Shown one piece after another: positions 35,780-48,700 of a stretch of DNA of 64,000 nt; position 1 is the stretch's first letter, and every line of letters begins with the position of its first letter. The notes beneath the pieces were generated by a model. That model was not told the DNA's origin and made no database searches. It saw only the letters and a program-made list of their open reading frames with translations. Made by a program: the position numbers and the translations under genes. This DNA comes from Macrostomum hystrix (lineage: Eukaryota; Animalia; Platyhelminthes): positions 4,836,001 through 4,900,000 of the forward strand of contig CATNEN010000011.1 in NCBI GenBank assembly GCA_950097015.1. Direction: 5' to 3'.

Positions 35780-37384
35780 GCGGCATACATATTTGTTTAT
35801 CATGTGTCACTTCTCGCATAAACAATCATTTCAGGTTAATGAAGTTTACGTCATCTGAACTGGGGTCGAATTCTTTTGCAATTCTTCGTTATTACGCAAT
35901 CGTGACTGCTGATTATAAGATCAAGCACCTTTTCGTAGTTACTGCAGTTAAGCGTCAATATTTTATATAGCGTTTCACACTTTTGAGTTACTCACTACAA
36001 TATACTACTACCGGTAGGTTATCAGTGTGACATTATACACTATTTTCAAAAATAAAAATAAGAGTTACTCGTACATTGGCAATTAAAGTTTTCTGTATAC
36101 TTAAACACATAATATGCTTATCAACCAAAAAATGGAACTTTTATATTCAAGACGTGAATTAATGCTCGTATTTACATTAGGAAATAAATTATCAATTTTA
36201 GTATATTAAAACTACGCTAGTATCTTTGTCACAGACTGGAAGTTCATTATTTATTTTTTTAATCGTCTCTCTTTTGATCTCGTCCTATTTTAAATTGTTT
36301 ATCCAGAAAATTTTTTCTTTTTGATTTATTTTTTAATCTTACTTTTTACTGCTTTGTTCGTTAATAAACTTGTCTGTAATTCTTTGCCTTGGCAAAAAAG
36401 TTTTCTAATTAATGAAACTTTTGTAAGAGCTGGCAGCTATAGCGCGTTGCATCCGAAGGCTGCGTACAGCTGTTCAGTCCGTGGACTGGGTGGGGCTGCA
36501 AAGACAGCAAATTTTCTAATACTGGAATCAATTTTGCTGCTGGTTGAACTAACGAGTATTGAAGAGTGAGCACGCGGTAGAAATACTCATACCAAGTTGC
36601 TAACCCCAAATCATAAAGCATAGCGTATTAAAGGCGATTTGTTAATCAGAAGTTTTACAAATGAGCACAGATGCAGCTGTTAAACATGTTCAGACTTTAT
36701 TGGTTGCTATAGAATCGGAGCATATGCAGTCTGAGTATGCACTAGGCTCACCTGTAGTCTAGAGCTTATCAGAGCAGAAAATAACTGCACCATGGAGAGT
36801 GGGACGGAGGTGGGGTTGGCGCGTCGCGATCACCCTGGCAGCGGCTACAAATTAATGATTCATCGACTCAGTCTTACCACTTCAGTCTAGATGTGTGCTC
36901 AAATATCTGTGTGAGTGCCATCGGCCCATATGGATAACTAGGCTTGCTGGGCCAAAGTCCGCGCTTTCGCTTTCCGCACACACTGCGCACACTCGAGGCC
37001 GTTTCCCTTTCATTCTTACCTTTTCTCGTCCTCACATCCCTACTCTACTTGATTCCTGTGCCGCATTTCCTAAATTTAGGTGTAGAAGGGGAAGTGCAGG
37101 ATTAATGAGTGAGATGAGCTGCTGAGCCAACGCAGAATGAAAATGGCCTCATGAGAGCTGAGAGCGGCAGTCGGGTGAATAGCTAGTGCAACATCTCCTG
37201 CGCCTCCTCCGGCGACACGCACTGGTGGTCAGGCGTTTTGAACATTCTCAAAGCCTCCCAGTCATTCTAGTCGACAATTTTTCTCGCCAGATTTATTTCC
37301 AGGCCTCTCTAACCCTTTCTGTTGTCAGCACAATAGATTTTCTCCAGAACTAAATCTGGGTAGATTAAAAGGCCGGTTGTCGTC

Positions 37385-37735
37385 ATGACAGACCAGAATA
37401 GTGACAATCGATGCGTCACAATGGAAGCTGAGATTCAAAACGAAGCCGGAGTCAAGAGCGAAGACAATGACGACAAAGACTCGCTGGACGACGAGATCAA
37501 TATTAGGCGCAGAGAAGATAAGCCGCAAGAAGGTCAAACATTTGCGAAGCAGCGCCATTCTAAGAAAAAGAAGCGCGCAAATTCAAAATCCAACAGTACC
37601 GGAAAACTGCAAGCCGTTGCGGCAGTGCCGGAAGTGCTGCCAGCACCGCTTCCGGTGACAGAAGAGCATCAACCTCTTCTAGAACAGCCAGCTTCACCGC
37701 CGCCACCGCCACCACCGCCACCGCCGCCGCAGCAT

Positions 37736-37769
<34 letters not shown>

Positions 37770-40700
37770 GTGAGAAGCGACCACCAAGAAAAATTCAAGT
37801 CGTCCCACCTGGTAAACGAATCGGCTACTCAAATTGTGCCAGTGACGGAGGTAAGAAGACGTTACGAGCTATAATACTCGTAATTTAGTACATAAAATTC
37901 AGTACATTTTGACCGAAACTGGTAGCAAGTGGTTATAGAACTTTAAACTCTTGGCTAAAAGGTCTGCTGTTCCAATCTTGACTGGGGGGAAACTCTAATT
38001 TTGTCCTTTAACAGTAGAAAGACCACCCGGGGTAGTTCAACACTTCACGATGGCTCCCAAAACGAATCACCGATTTTCGTGAAAGAAGCAACTTTCAACG
38101 CCGTCCAAGTCAGCATCGTCGGGATTTTCAGCGATTCTTGTCTTCCGGGCGAAGCTGCATGGGACCGGCCTGTTGCCGAATCCCTTCTTGGGGGGGGGGG
38201 GTTGTTCGTAGCACAGGTAGGACCGCGACAAAGACCAGCTGCAGTTTGGTCCCAGCGATTCTTGTCAGAGACCCTGGTGACAAGTACAAATAAGATTTGT
38301 GATTCTGGATGTTTTTTTATCTGATGGAGTGGAAAATTTTAGTCTTTGGTCTGGATTTTCATGACGTGTCGTTGAATAATTTGGGAGAGACCCCGGGGGG
38401 GTCTTTCAACGGTTAAGCTGGATTCTGAATTCGTTCATTTTATTCAGCTTTTGAATTGCTTTCAGCATTAGCTTGGGCAGCAATTCAGAATTGTGGGCCG
38501 GCCTATCGACGTTACTGATCAATTTATCGCTTTCTAAACTTTCAAGACAATTCAACAGCAGCTGCAACAGTGCTGCATCAAGCTCAGCCTGAGGCGACAT
38601 CACAGAAGCCTCAAAACAGTGTCGCCTCAACTGCGAATAATAATCATTATAATCAGCAGAAGCAGCAGCAGCCGCGTCGCCGCAGAGACTCAAAGCAGGT
38701 TGGCGCTGGTGGGCAAGAAGTGGAGACCCTCCTGTCAGAATCTGCAAAGCCCGAGAAGGAAATGTTGCCGGCTTCGTCGACAAGAAAAATCTACCGCCTT
38801 GAGCCTTCGAGTGGCCTGACTGAGCAGAAGCAGCGGGACCTGATCGGTGCTGTTCGGCTGCAGCCAGGCGAAACGAGCTCGCGACGTTCTAGCGTTTCCT
38901 CGCAGCATCGCGAGATGGTCGCGGGGGCAGCTGTGGCGGCCGCAGCGCAGCAGTTGCAGGCGCCGAATGCGTTGACTAAAAGGCAACAGCAAAAGTCTGG
39001 AGTTGCTGGCGGTCGGTAAGATGACCGATGGCCAACTGACCCAATGATATGACCGGATGATCTGATGACCCGATCACCGAATGACCCGATCACCGAATGA
39101 CCCGATCACCGAATGTCCCGATCACCGAATGACCCGATCACCGAATGACCCGATCACCGAATGACCCGATCACCGAATGTCCCGATCACCGAATGACTCG
39201 ATGACCTAATGACCCGATGATCTAATGACCCGATGATATGACCCAATGGTATGACCCGATGATCGAATGAACCGATGATCTAATGACCCGATGATCTAAT
39301 GACCCGATGATCTAATGACCCGATGATCTAATGACCCGATGATCTAATGACCCGATGATCTAATGACCCGATGATCTAATGACCCGATGATCTAATGACC
39401 CGATGATCTAATGACCCGATGATCTAATGACCCGATGATCTAATGACCCGATGATCTAATGACCCGATGATCTAATGACCCGATGATCTAATGACCCGAT
39501 GATCTAATGACCCGATGATCTAATGACCCGATGATCTAATGACCCGATGATCTAATGACCCGATGATCTAATGACCCGATGATCTAATGACCCGATGATC
39601 TAATGACCCGATGATCTAATGACCCGATGATCTAATGACCCGATGATCTAATGACCCGATGATATGACCCAATGGTATGACCCGATGATCGAATGAACCG
39701 ATGATCTAATGACCCGATGATCTAATGACCCGATGATCTAATGACCCGATGATCTAATGACCCGATGATCTAATGACCCGATGATCTAATGACCCGATGA
39801 TCTAATGACCCGATGATCTAATGACCCGATGATCTAATGACCCGATGATCTAATGACCCGATGATCTAATGACCCGATGATCTAATGACCCGATGATCTA
39901 ATGACCCGATGATCTAATGACCCGATGATCTAATGACCTAATTAGCCTAATGATTCGATTGCAGAATGACTCACAGCTAATGAATTAATTGAAAATAACT
40001 TTTTGCTGACAACCTCAAACATAATTTTTCTCCTAGCTCAAAGTCTTCAAAAGGTTCGACAAGTCAAAGGGTGAAAATTATTCAACCAGAGTCGCAGGAA
40101 GATCAGAGCCAAAGCCAAGCTGGTGCAGCGAAGTTAAACGAAACTAAAAATCTTGGCGAAGAGGCAGAGAACACTGCAGACTCAAGGCCCAGGTGAGAGC
40201 TAGATGACATGAATAATCATTTCTAGAATATAAGGGCTGTTCAGTCCATGGACTGGGAGGACGCCACACACATAATAAATTTTCCCTGCTAATGCTGGTA
40301 CCAATTTAAAATATTTATTTAATTTAAACAAATTAAACTTCTGTTTCGTTTCTCGCAGTCCGCCAGACGGAGCTCCGACTGATGCGGAAGACGACGAACC
40401 GGTTGACGCCGAGGACACTCTGGTGGAAGCTGTTACAGCCGGCCAGACGGCAAAGAAGGTCAGGGGGCAGCGAGGCAAGAAGTCCAAGAGGAAGAAGTCG
40501 GCCAAAGCTGAGGACGCCGACGACAGCAGATCGGCCAAGTCTTCGTCAAAGAAGAAAAAACGCTCGGGCAAAAGCGGCGGCGGCGGCGGCGGCGGCGGCG
40601 ACAGGCCCTTTTCGGCTCCCGTGATGGGATCTGGAAAAGTGGTTTACAACCGGCAGCCGATAATTATTAATACGAGAAAGCACTTCTCTGTAGGAAACTT

Positions 40701-42497
40701 TTAAAACGCATTAAGAACACAGAACTGTACATAATTTAATTATCGAGATTTCTCCTGAAACGACGTCATCTCGAAAACTTCAACTTTCCAGGAAATAGAA
40801 ACTGACGGATTGAAGGAATGCCGAACTATCTATGAGAAGTTCTGCAGCTACGGACTGACGATCGATATGGACAAGCTGAAAAGGTGAATTGTGGGCTGCA
40901 TGGTGGTAGATCATCTGGTGATTTTGTGAGACACCGACTTAATGACCCAATGACTCTGATGACCATTAAGACTAATGACTCTATGACGACCCAATGACTC
41001 CATGGCCTAATGACTCCATGAACCAATGACTCCATGACCCAATGACTCCATGACCCAATGACTCCATGACCCAATGACTCCATGACCCAATGACTCCATG
41101 ACCCAATGACTCCATGACCCAATGACTCCATGACCCAATGACTCCATGACACAATGACTCCATAAACCAATAAATTCATGACCCAATGAATCAATGACAC
41201 AATTACTTTATCAATTAATGACTCAATGACCCTATTACTCGATGACCTAATGACTCAATGAAGTAATGACTCGACGAACCAATGACTCCATGACCCATTG
41301 ACTTCATGTCCCAATGACTAATTGACTCAATGACTCCAGGATCCAATGACTTCATGACCCAATTAATCGATGACCTAATGACTCAATGACCGAATGACTT
41401 GATGACCCCATGACTCGATGACTCGACGAACCAATGACTCGATGACTCGATGACTTCATGACCTAATCACTTATTGAACTGAATGAATCAAATTACTCAT
41501 TGACAATCGTTTTCAATGAACTGATTATTTCGTCATCGTAATTATAGCTGAATATTTTCGAACGCATTCAGAGCTCTGCTACCGCCGAACGAGTACAGAC
41601 AATGCCGCTACCTTCTTGACGATCAAAGACTACCCAGCGCCACGTCATCGAAGTAAGAATTTTCATTTCTCCAACCTTCTAACTGTCAGGTATCAGTGAC
41701 AGACAGCTATTCAACTGTCTAATCATCTTCTCCTTTGAAGCCTTCTGAGCCACCCGAGCGAGTGGCTGCCGAAGGAGTTCGCCCGACTCGAGGCCGCGAA
41801 CAGGGCTGTGGAGCGAATGAAAGTGGCCGAGCTCACTCGCAGCGGCACAGAGATCATGTCCAGGCCCAGTACAGCCAAAGGCGACATCTACACGGCCTTC
41901 CAGCGCACCAACTCTCGCGGCTCCCTGATTGGCCAGTCGCAGCAGCAGCAGGCGGCGGGTCCATCCGGCAGTCGGCGAAGTGGCAGCGCGCGGCCCAGAC
42001 TCGCCCGCATGGGCAGCAACTTCAGCGTGCAGAGCATCGGCTCGACGGCTTCGATGGAGAACATGCCGACCTCCGGGCTGCCGGGGCCAGGTGGCGGCGG
42101 CGTCGATCTAACCGAAATCGACCGAATCGACGAGTTGCCAGAAATCGGCGCGGATGTTGACGGCGTGGCCGTTGGCGAATCCGCCACCACCGCGACCATC
42201 CTGATGATGAAGAAGCTGTCGGCTATAGGCCACGAAGGCGACCGCAGGCTCAGCAGCAGCGACGAAGATGACGATGATCAGGATGGGGACAGCGATGAGC
42301 AGGACGACGATGAGGAGCAGCCGACGACGACGCCTCCACCGCCTTCAGTAGCAACAGCAGCAGCAGCAACACCACAGCCGTACTGGGAGGTCGCCGGTGA
42401 CCTGATGTCGCAGCCGCCAATGCTCCCGACCGCGCCATCCCCGGATGTCTACGAAGCATTCCGACGCTCGAAACGACAACACGGGAATGCGCCATGA
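37385..42497 (+). CDS. Seven-exon uncharacterised low-complexity protein (P/Q/K/D-rich)
   Basis: Phase-consistent exons 37385-37850, 38547-39015, 40037-40192, 40359-~40640/40692, ~40792-~40884, ~41571-~41652, ~41739-42497. The only globular-looking block is ECRTIYEKFCSYGLTIDMDKLKRALLPPNEYRQC; family not recognised. Confidence 0.65.
38012..38412. mobile_element. piggyBac-type MITE, 401 bp, in an intron
   Basis: TTAA on both sides (38008-38011, 38413-38416); imperfect TIRs cagtagaaagaccacccggggt versus ccgttgaaagacccccccggggt (reverse complement of the right end). Confidence 0.7.
39025..39960. repeat. Intronic minisatellite: 14-bp tgacccgatcaccgaa-type units grading into 16-bp gacccgatgatctaat units
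   Basis: Tandem units read directly, starting right after the splice donor. Confidence 0.95.
40940..41500. repeat. Intronic 16-bp minisatellite (ccaatgactccatgac), degenerate toward the 3' end
   Basis: Tandem units read directly. Confidence 0.9.
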
Positions 42498-42639
42498 CTG
42501 AAATTCACTGACGCTGTTGCGACCATTTCTTGAAGTTGTTTAATTAACTTGCAATTTCAGATGAAATTTTGTATAAAAAAACGAGCTTTTGTATATTTAA
42601 ATTTATTATCAAGGAATTGTGGATATAGAACCTGGCATT

Positions 42640-43492
42640 CTTGTGTCTCATCTCTCCCGTGTCTCATCTCTCTCGTGTATCATCTTTCTGTGTCTAATCT
42701 CTACTGTGTCTAATCTCTCCCATGTCTAATCTCTCCCGTGTCTAATCTCTCCTGTGTCTAATCTCTCCCGTGTCTAATCTCTCCCGTGTCTAATCTCTCC
42801 CGTGTCGAATCTCTCCTGTGTCTAATCTCTCCTGTGTCTCATCTCTCCCGTGTCTAATCTCTCCTGTGTCTCATCTCTCCCGTGTCTAATCTCTCCTGTG
42901 TCTCATCTCTCCCGTGTCTAATCTCTCCTGTGTCTCATCTCTCCCGTGTCTAATCTCTCCCGTGTCTAATCTCTCCCGTGTCTAATCTCTCCTGTGTCTC
43001 ATCTCTCCTGTGTCTAATCTCTCCCGTGTCTAATTTCTCCCGTGTCTAATCTCTCCTGTGTCTCATCTCTCCTGTGTCTAATCTCTCCCGTGTCTAATCT
43101 CTCCCGTGTCTAATCTCTCCCGTGTCTAATCTCTCCCGTGTCTAATCTCTCCCGTGTCTAATCTCTCCTGTGTCTCATCTCTCCTGTGTCTAATCTCTCC
43201 CGTGTCTAATCTCTCCTGTGTCTCATCTCTCTCGTGTCTAATCTCTCCCGTGTCTAATCTCTCCCGTGTCTCATCTCTCCCGTGTCTAATCTCTCCCGTG
43301 TCTCATCTCTCCTGTGTCTAATCTCTCCCGTGTCTAATCTCTCCTGTGTCTCATCTCTCTCGTGTATCATCTTTCTGTGTCTCATATCTCCCGTGTCTAA
43401 TCTCTCCCGTGTCTCATCTCTCCCGTGTCTAATCTCTCCCGTGTCTAACCTCTCCCGTGTCTCATCTCTCCCGTGTCTCATCTCTCCCCTAT
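42640..43492. repeat. 16-bp pyrimidine-rich minisatellite (tctaatctctcccgtg)
   Basis: Tandem units read directly. Confidence 0.95.
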
Positions 43493-44039
43493 CTCATATT
43501 TATACAGTCAATGCGGCTCGCTGTCGTCTTTTAGGTTTTCTCTTTGACCCGCCAGCAAATAAGTTTGCCTACCCCTGTTATAAGTACTTAGAAAAATAAA
43601 TCTTTGTACTCGGACTTCTGCATGAACTGATAGAAGGCATGATAAATGTGCAAAGATTTTTATGTTTATTTTGAACTTTTTTACTAAGCAAGTGGTTTTC
43701 CTCTCTGTTCTATACTCCCAGTGCGTTAGCAACTCCAAGTTTTTGCTGCATGCTTAAATAAAGATTGAGATTTTCATACAGATCATTTTTTACTTTGAAC
43801 TTTACTGCCATATTAAAATTTAGTACATATTAATTTTTATCTACAATACTACAAATATACTACTTCTCAGTAAGCATAAAATAAAATAATAACTCAAAAG
43901 TAGAATACGATATTAAATTAAATGACTCCCTTAATACAGACCCCAGGGCTGGGGCCTGAGATTCGAACCTCAGACCTCTCCGCTCGGAGACCAAAGCTAA
44001 GGTTGACTCTTGAGTTTAATATCCTGATAGTGTAAAGAA

Positions 44040-44500
44040 CCTGTGATTTTCGTGCAATCGCCTGCGTTCTCAGCGTAATCATCTGTGATTTTGTTTAATC
44101 ATCTGTGATTTTGTTTAATCATCTGTAATTTTATGCAATCTTGTGTGATTTTGTGCAATCTTGTGTGATTTTGTGCAACCTGTGATTTTTGTTTAATCTT
44201 GTGTGATTTTGTGCAACCTGTGATTTTTGTTTAATCTTGTGTGATTTTGTGCAACCTGTGATTTTGTGCAATCATGTGTGATTTTGTGCAACCTGTGATT
44301 TTTGTTTAATCATGGGTGATTTTGTGCAATCATGTGTGATTTTGTGCAATCATGTGTGATTTTGTGCAATCATGTGTGATTTTGTGCAACCTGTGATTTT
44401 TGTTTAATCATGGGTGATTTTGTGCAATCTTGTGTGATTTTTTGTAATCATCTCTGATTTTTGTTCAATCATCTGTGATTTTCTTCAATCAATCTGTGCT
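44040..44500. repeat. Degenerate ~18-bp minisatellite (tgtgattttgtgcaatca)
   Basis: Tandem units read directly. Confidence 0.9.
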
Positions 44501-45738
44501 TTTTTCGCAATCACCAGCCAAATCGGTGTAATCACATTGTTCAATAAGTGGGATCACCTGTTATATCTTTATCTCCGCCCGGATGCTGGCAGACAATTCT
44601 GTTCTACCAGGAATATTCCAGCAATGCTTCCCAATGCAATGTCCAACAGTATATTGTATACTGTATTTCGGTAGTCAACTCAACACCTTTGATTTAGGAC
44701 AAAGAACATCTGGAATCACCTACTCTATATATTTTGTTTTTGTTTTTTGTTAATAAAATCAATTAGCTATTTGGAATTCGGCTTGCTGGTGGGCTAATTG
44801 CCACAGGCGGATTAAGCAGCTGATCTTATAGGATTGGCGAAATCGAATCAACCGAAGATTAGCATTTCTGTCGAGCAGTAATCTTTCGAAGAAGTTATTT
44901 ATCAAAATGCGCCCCAGTCTGTAAGTAAGAAATCTAAACAAGAAAGATTTTGGATTAATTTGAATTGCAAATTTAAGCTTCGGAATAAAGTATCGTTTAA
45001 GCCTGTCTTGAATGGCTAAACAAAAATAAACAAGCAATCAAGCTATAATGCCAGCTGCAGAATTTTATTGAGAATGCGCTCTTAAATTTGCTTTAATATT
45101 GGAAACAAAGCAAAAGCAGTTAATTATACACAACATTGCTAATTTGGTACTAACATTGAAACTAATCATGTTTAAGTAATTTATTTTGGCGCTCTCATGA
45201 CGACCAAATACGAATTCAAATTTGTAAAATAAAGGATTTACGATTTATCGAAAAATTGTAACATGTCGCTAGCAAAATGGAAATGATTACGATATCGGGC
45301 AAGAAGTAATTAATAGTTTTTCTTTATTTTGATAAAACAAAATCATAAACACCAAAAAACATTTAAAATATCAATAGATGGTACGATTCATTCATCGGTT
45401 GATCGATGCACAGAATGGAATTTTGTGATCGTTTGGTCGCAGATAGCTTTGTCGTTTTCTTATTGGTCAATAGGGGTAGGAATATTTCTGGGGTGGGGCA
45501 TGCAGCCTTAACCCACCAGTTTAAGTAGCGACCCAGTAAATATTCTTATTGGCCTATTGGGGTAGGAATGTTTTAATGTGGGACAGCCCAACCAATCAAC
45601 ATTCTTCTCAGTTTCTAAATTGTCTATTTAAGTTTAAAAACTTTTGGGGTGGGGCAGTCTCAGCCAATCAGAGTTGAACACTCGAGACACTACAGCGTTA
45701 GCTCAATAAAATCAAATTAGTTCAAAGCTAAGAGTTCG

Positions 45739-48700
45739 TCAAACATCGCTGATGTGATCGTAGGGTGGGCGTACGTGCGAACCCGGTTGCTGCTGCTGCT
45801 GCTGCTGGTTTGCTGTCAGGTTGCTAAGCAACTCGGTGTAGTGATGATGCTTGGAGGCCATGTACGGTCGATTGCTAATAGTAGCTGATGCTGGCAGCTG
45901 ATGGACACTGTAATTCTCTGCCTGCTGGGACCTGCAGCCTGATGTTTGAGGATCCTGGTAGCGGAAGGCGCTTGGATAGCTCTGCTGCTGCTGCTGCTGA
46001 AGTCGCTTCATCGTCAACGAAGTGCCAGGTTTAATCGCCTGCGCTGAAAGCAGCAAATTGTCGGCCGACTGAGCAGAATGACCGGACTCAGTCTGAGACT
46101 GCAGATCTGCGGCGCAAGAAGGGGATTAAGAGTATAGAAGACAAGGGTGGTATCTTAAACATCCACATTTTTCTTTTTTCCCGTGTCTGCCAAAATATTC
46201 AAACAATCGCCATGCCAATCCAGAAGACGGGCTAAAATTTTCCGCTCACTCTATTTAATCATGTATTACCATGTCTGCTATCGTTTTTAACTATTTCGGA
46301 TTGATAAACTGTTACTTTTTTAATTTTTCCCAACATAGATTCGCCAAAGATCAAAGTTTGTCGGTCAATGCTAATGTCCGAGGTCCCTAAGCTCGATTCC
46401 GCGGCGAGGCCACATTCATTTGGGGGCTTGTCGTGAAATTACGCCTTCGAGGGCCAACCTCCAAAGGCACAGTGAGAGTGTACACCGCCTGACGATGAGA
46501 AGTTCAGGGCAGATGTACACACCTGTGTACGTGGACAATTGACAATTGACAATTGAAATTGTCCTTGGACAATTTATAACCGTGTGCTTTTATTGCACAG
46601 ATTCTCTAAAACTATTTTTTCAGTCAGTTATTTTTTCAGTGCTTTTGGAAAAACCTCAAAAAATGAATGCTATTAATAGTGGAGGCACTCAAACATGCGG
46701 CTGAGAAGCAATCATGATGGAGAGATTGTAAATGCAGCCTAACACAATCTCACAAGTCATTTGTGTGCGAGGGTGGATAATAGTAGCATATTTGTAAGGC
46801 CTGTACGACTGCGAGTGTTTCTGAAGTGGCTTCTGTTCTATAAACTGCGAGTCAATCATTGTAGATTCTCATTACGGAAGCTGGGGGTAACAGTGCCATT
46901 GTGGAAAATGCATCAACTAACTATTTAGGGATTTGCTAGAGATCACTGCACTAATTGCTGAATTCATTTTATGAGAATGAAACACTGCCTTATCTGACAC
47001 CAGCTGCCTTATCTGACACCCGCTGCCTTATCTGACACACCCGCTGCCTTATCTGACACCCGCTGCCTTATCTGACACCCGCTGCCTTATCTGACACCCG
47101 CTGCCTTATCTGACACCCGCTGCCTTATCTGACAATCCATTGCCTGATCTGACAATCCATTGCCTTATCTGACACCCGCTGCCTTATCTGACACCCGCTG
47201 CCTTATCTGACACCCGCTGCCTTATCTGACAATCCATTGCCTTATCTGACACCCGCTGCCTTATCTGACAATCCATTGCCTTATCTGACACCCGCTGCCT
47301 TATCTGACACCCGCTGCCTTATCTGACACCCGCTGCCTTATCTGACACTCGCTGCCTTATCTGACACCCCACCATTATCTGATACCCAAAGCCTTATCTG
47401 ACACCCAAAGCTTTATCTGAAACTTCATTGCCTTATCTGACACTCCATTGCCTTATCTGACACTCCATTGTCTTATCTGACACCCTACTGCTACATCCAG
47501 ACGCCACAGCAAGTTAATAATGAAAGTGAAAAATCAATAGTACTCACTGGGGTCTGTGCTCCTTCTTTTAAATTCAGTGAGCAAATTTTTTCGGGACACT
47601 GAAACTTCCGTCATTAGCTGCGAAGGCTGCTCCAGCTGCTGCTGCTGCTGCTGCTGCATAGAACTGCCGCAGGCTGCCAGCATGAGCTCAGCAGACTCAG
47701 CTGTCTCTTGTCTGTCAATCTGTCCAATCTTCAGTCTTCTATTCTTGCCGAGAGAAGCCAGAGGCTTGAATGGAGAACAAAAAATCATTTGAATAGTAAT
47801 CGATTGCACCTACGATTGCTGTCCAGTCCATGGACTCAATTATTCTAGCTAATGCTGGTACCCATTTAAACCCAGGGTTGGGCTCACCACGCCAATCTGT
47901 TGATGGTCCGGACTGCTCAAAGTAAGCTGTGCGGGCAGTTTTCCCAGATGATCATAAGATGGCAGGTCAGTCTTCATGGCAACTGATGCATCTGAAATTT
48001 TGTTGAGAAGCAAAGTTATACTCTTTATTTAGTGCGTGTGCGAGTTGTCTCAAGGGCGGACGTATCACTCGATGTATCCCAACCTGTCGTCTTTCACGCT
48101 TCAGATACTGTTTGATTAACCGGTTGACGACAAGCGAAAGTGACAAGTCACAGATTGGATTTAGGGAACACACTGAGACAAGCAGTGTTTGTTAAGCCCC
48201 TGACACTCAATAATAGAGCCTCATTGTGATGAACAGGTTGATTTTCAGGAGCTAAAGAAAGATTAAATCTGTTAGACAGGACTGTTATCTGTTTGACAGA
48301 AGTATTATCTGTTAGACGGGAGTGTTATGTGTTAGACAGGAGTGTTATATGTTAGAAAGGAGTGTTTTCTGTTAGACAGGAGTGTTTTCTGTTAGACAGG
48401 AGTGTTATCTGTTAGACAGGAGTGTTATCTGTTAGACGGGAGTGTTTTCTGTTAGACAGGAGTGTTATCTGTTAGACAGGAGTGTTTTCTGTTAGACAGA
48501 AGAATTATCTGTTAGACGGGAGTATTATCTGTTAGACAGGAGTGTTTTCTGTTAGACGGGAGTGTTATCTGTTAGACAGGAGTGTTTTCTGTTAGACAGA
48601 AGAATTATCTGTTAGACGGGAGTATTATCTGTTAGACAGAAGAATTATCTGTTATACGGGAGTGTTATCTGTTAGACAGAAGAATTATCTGTTATACGAG

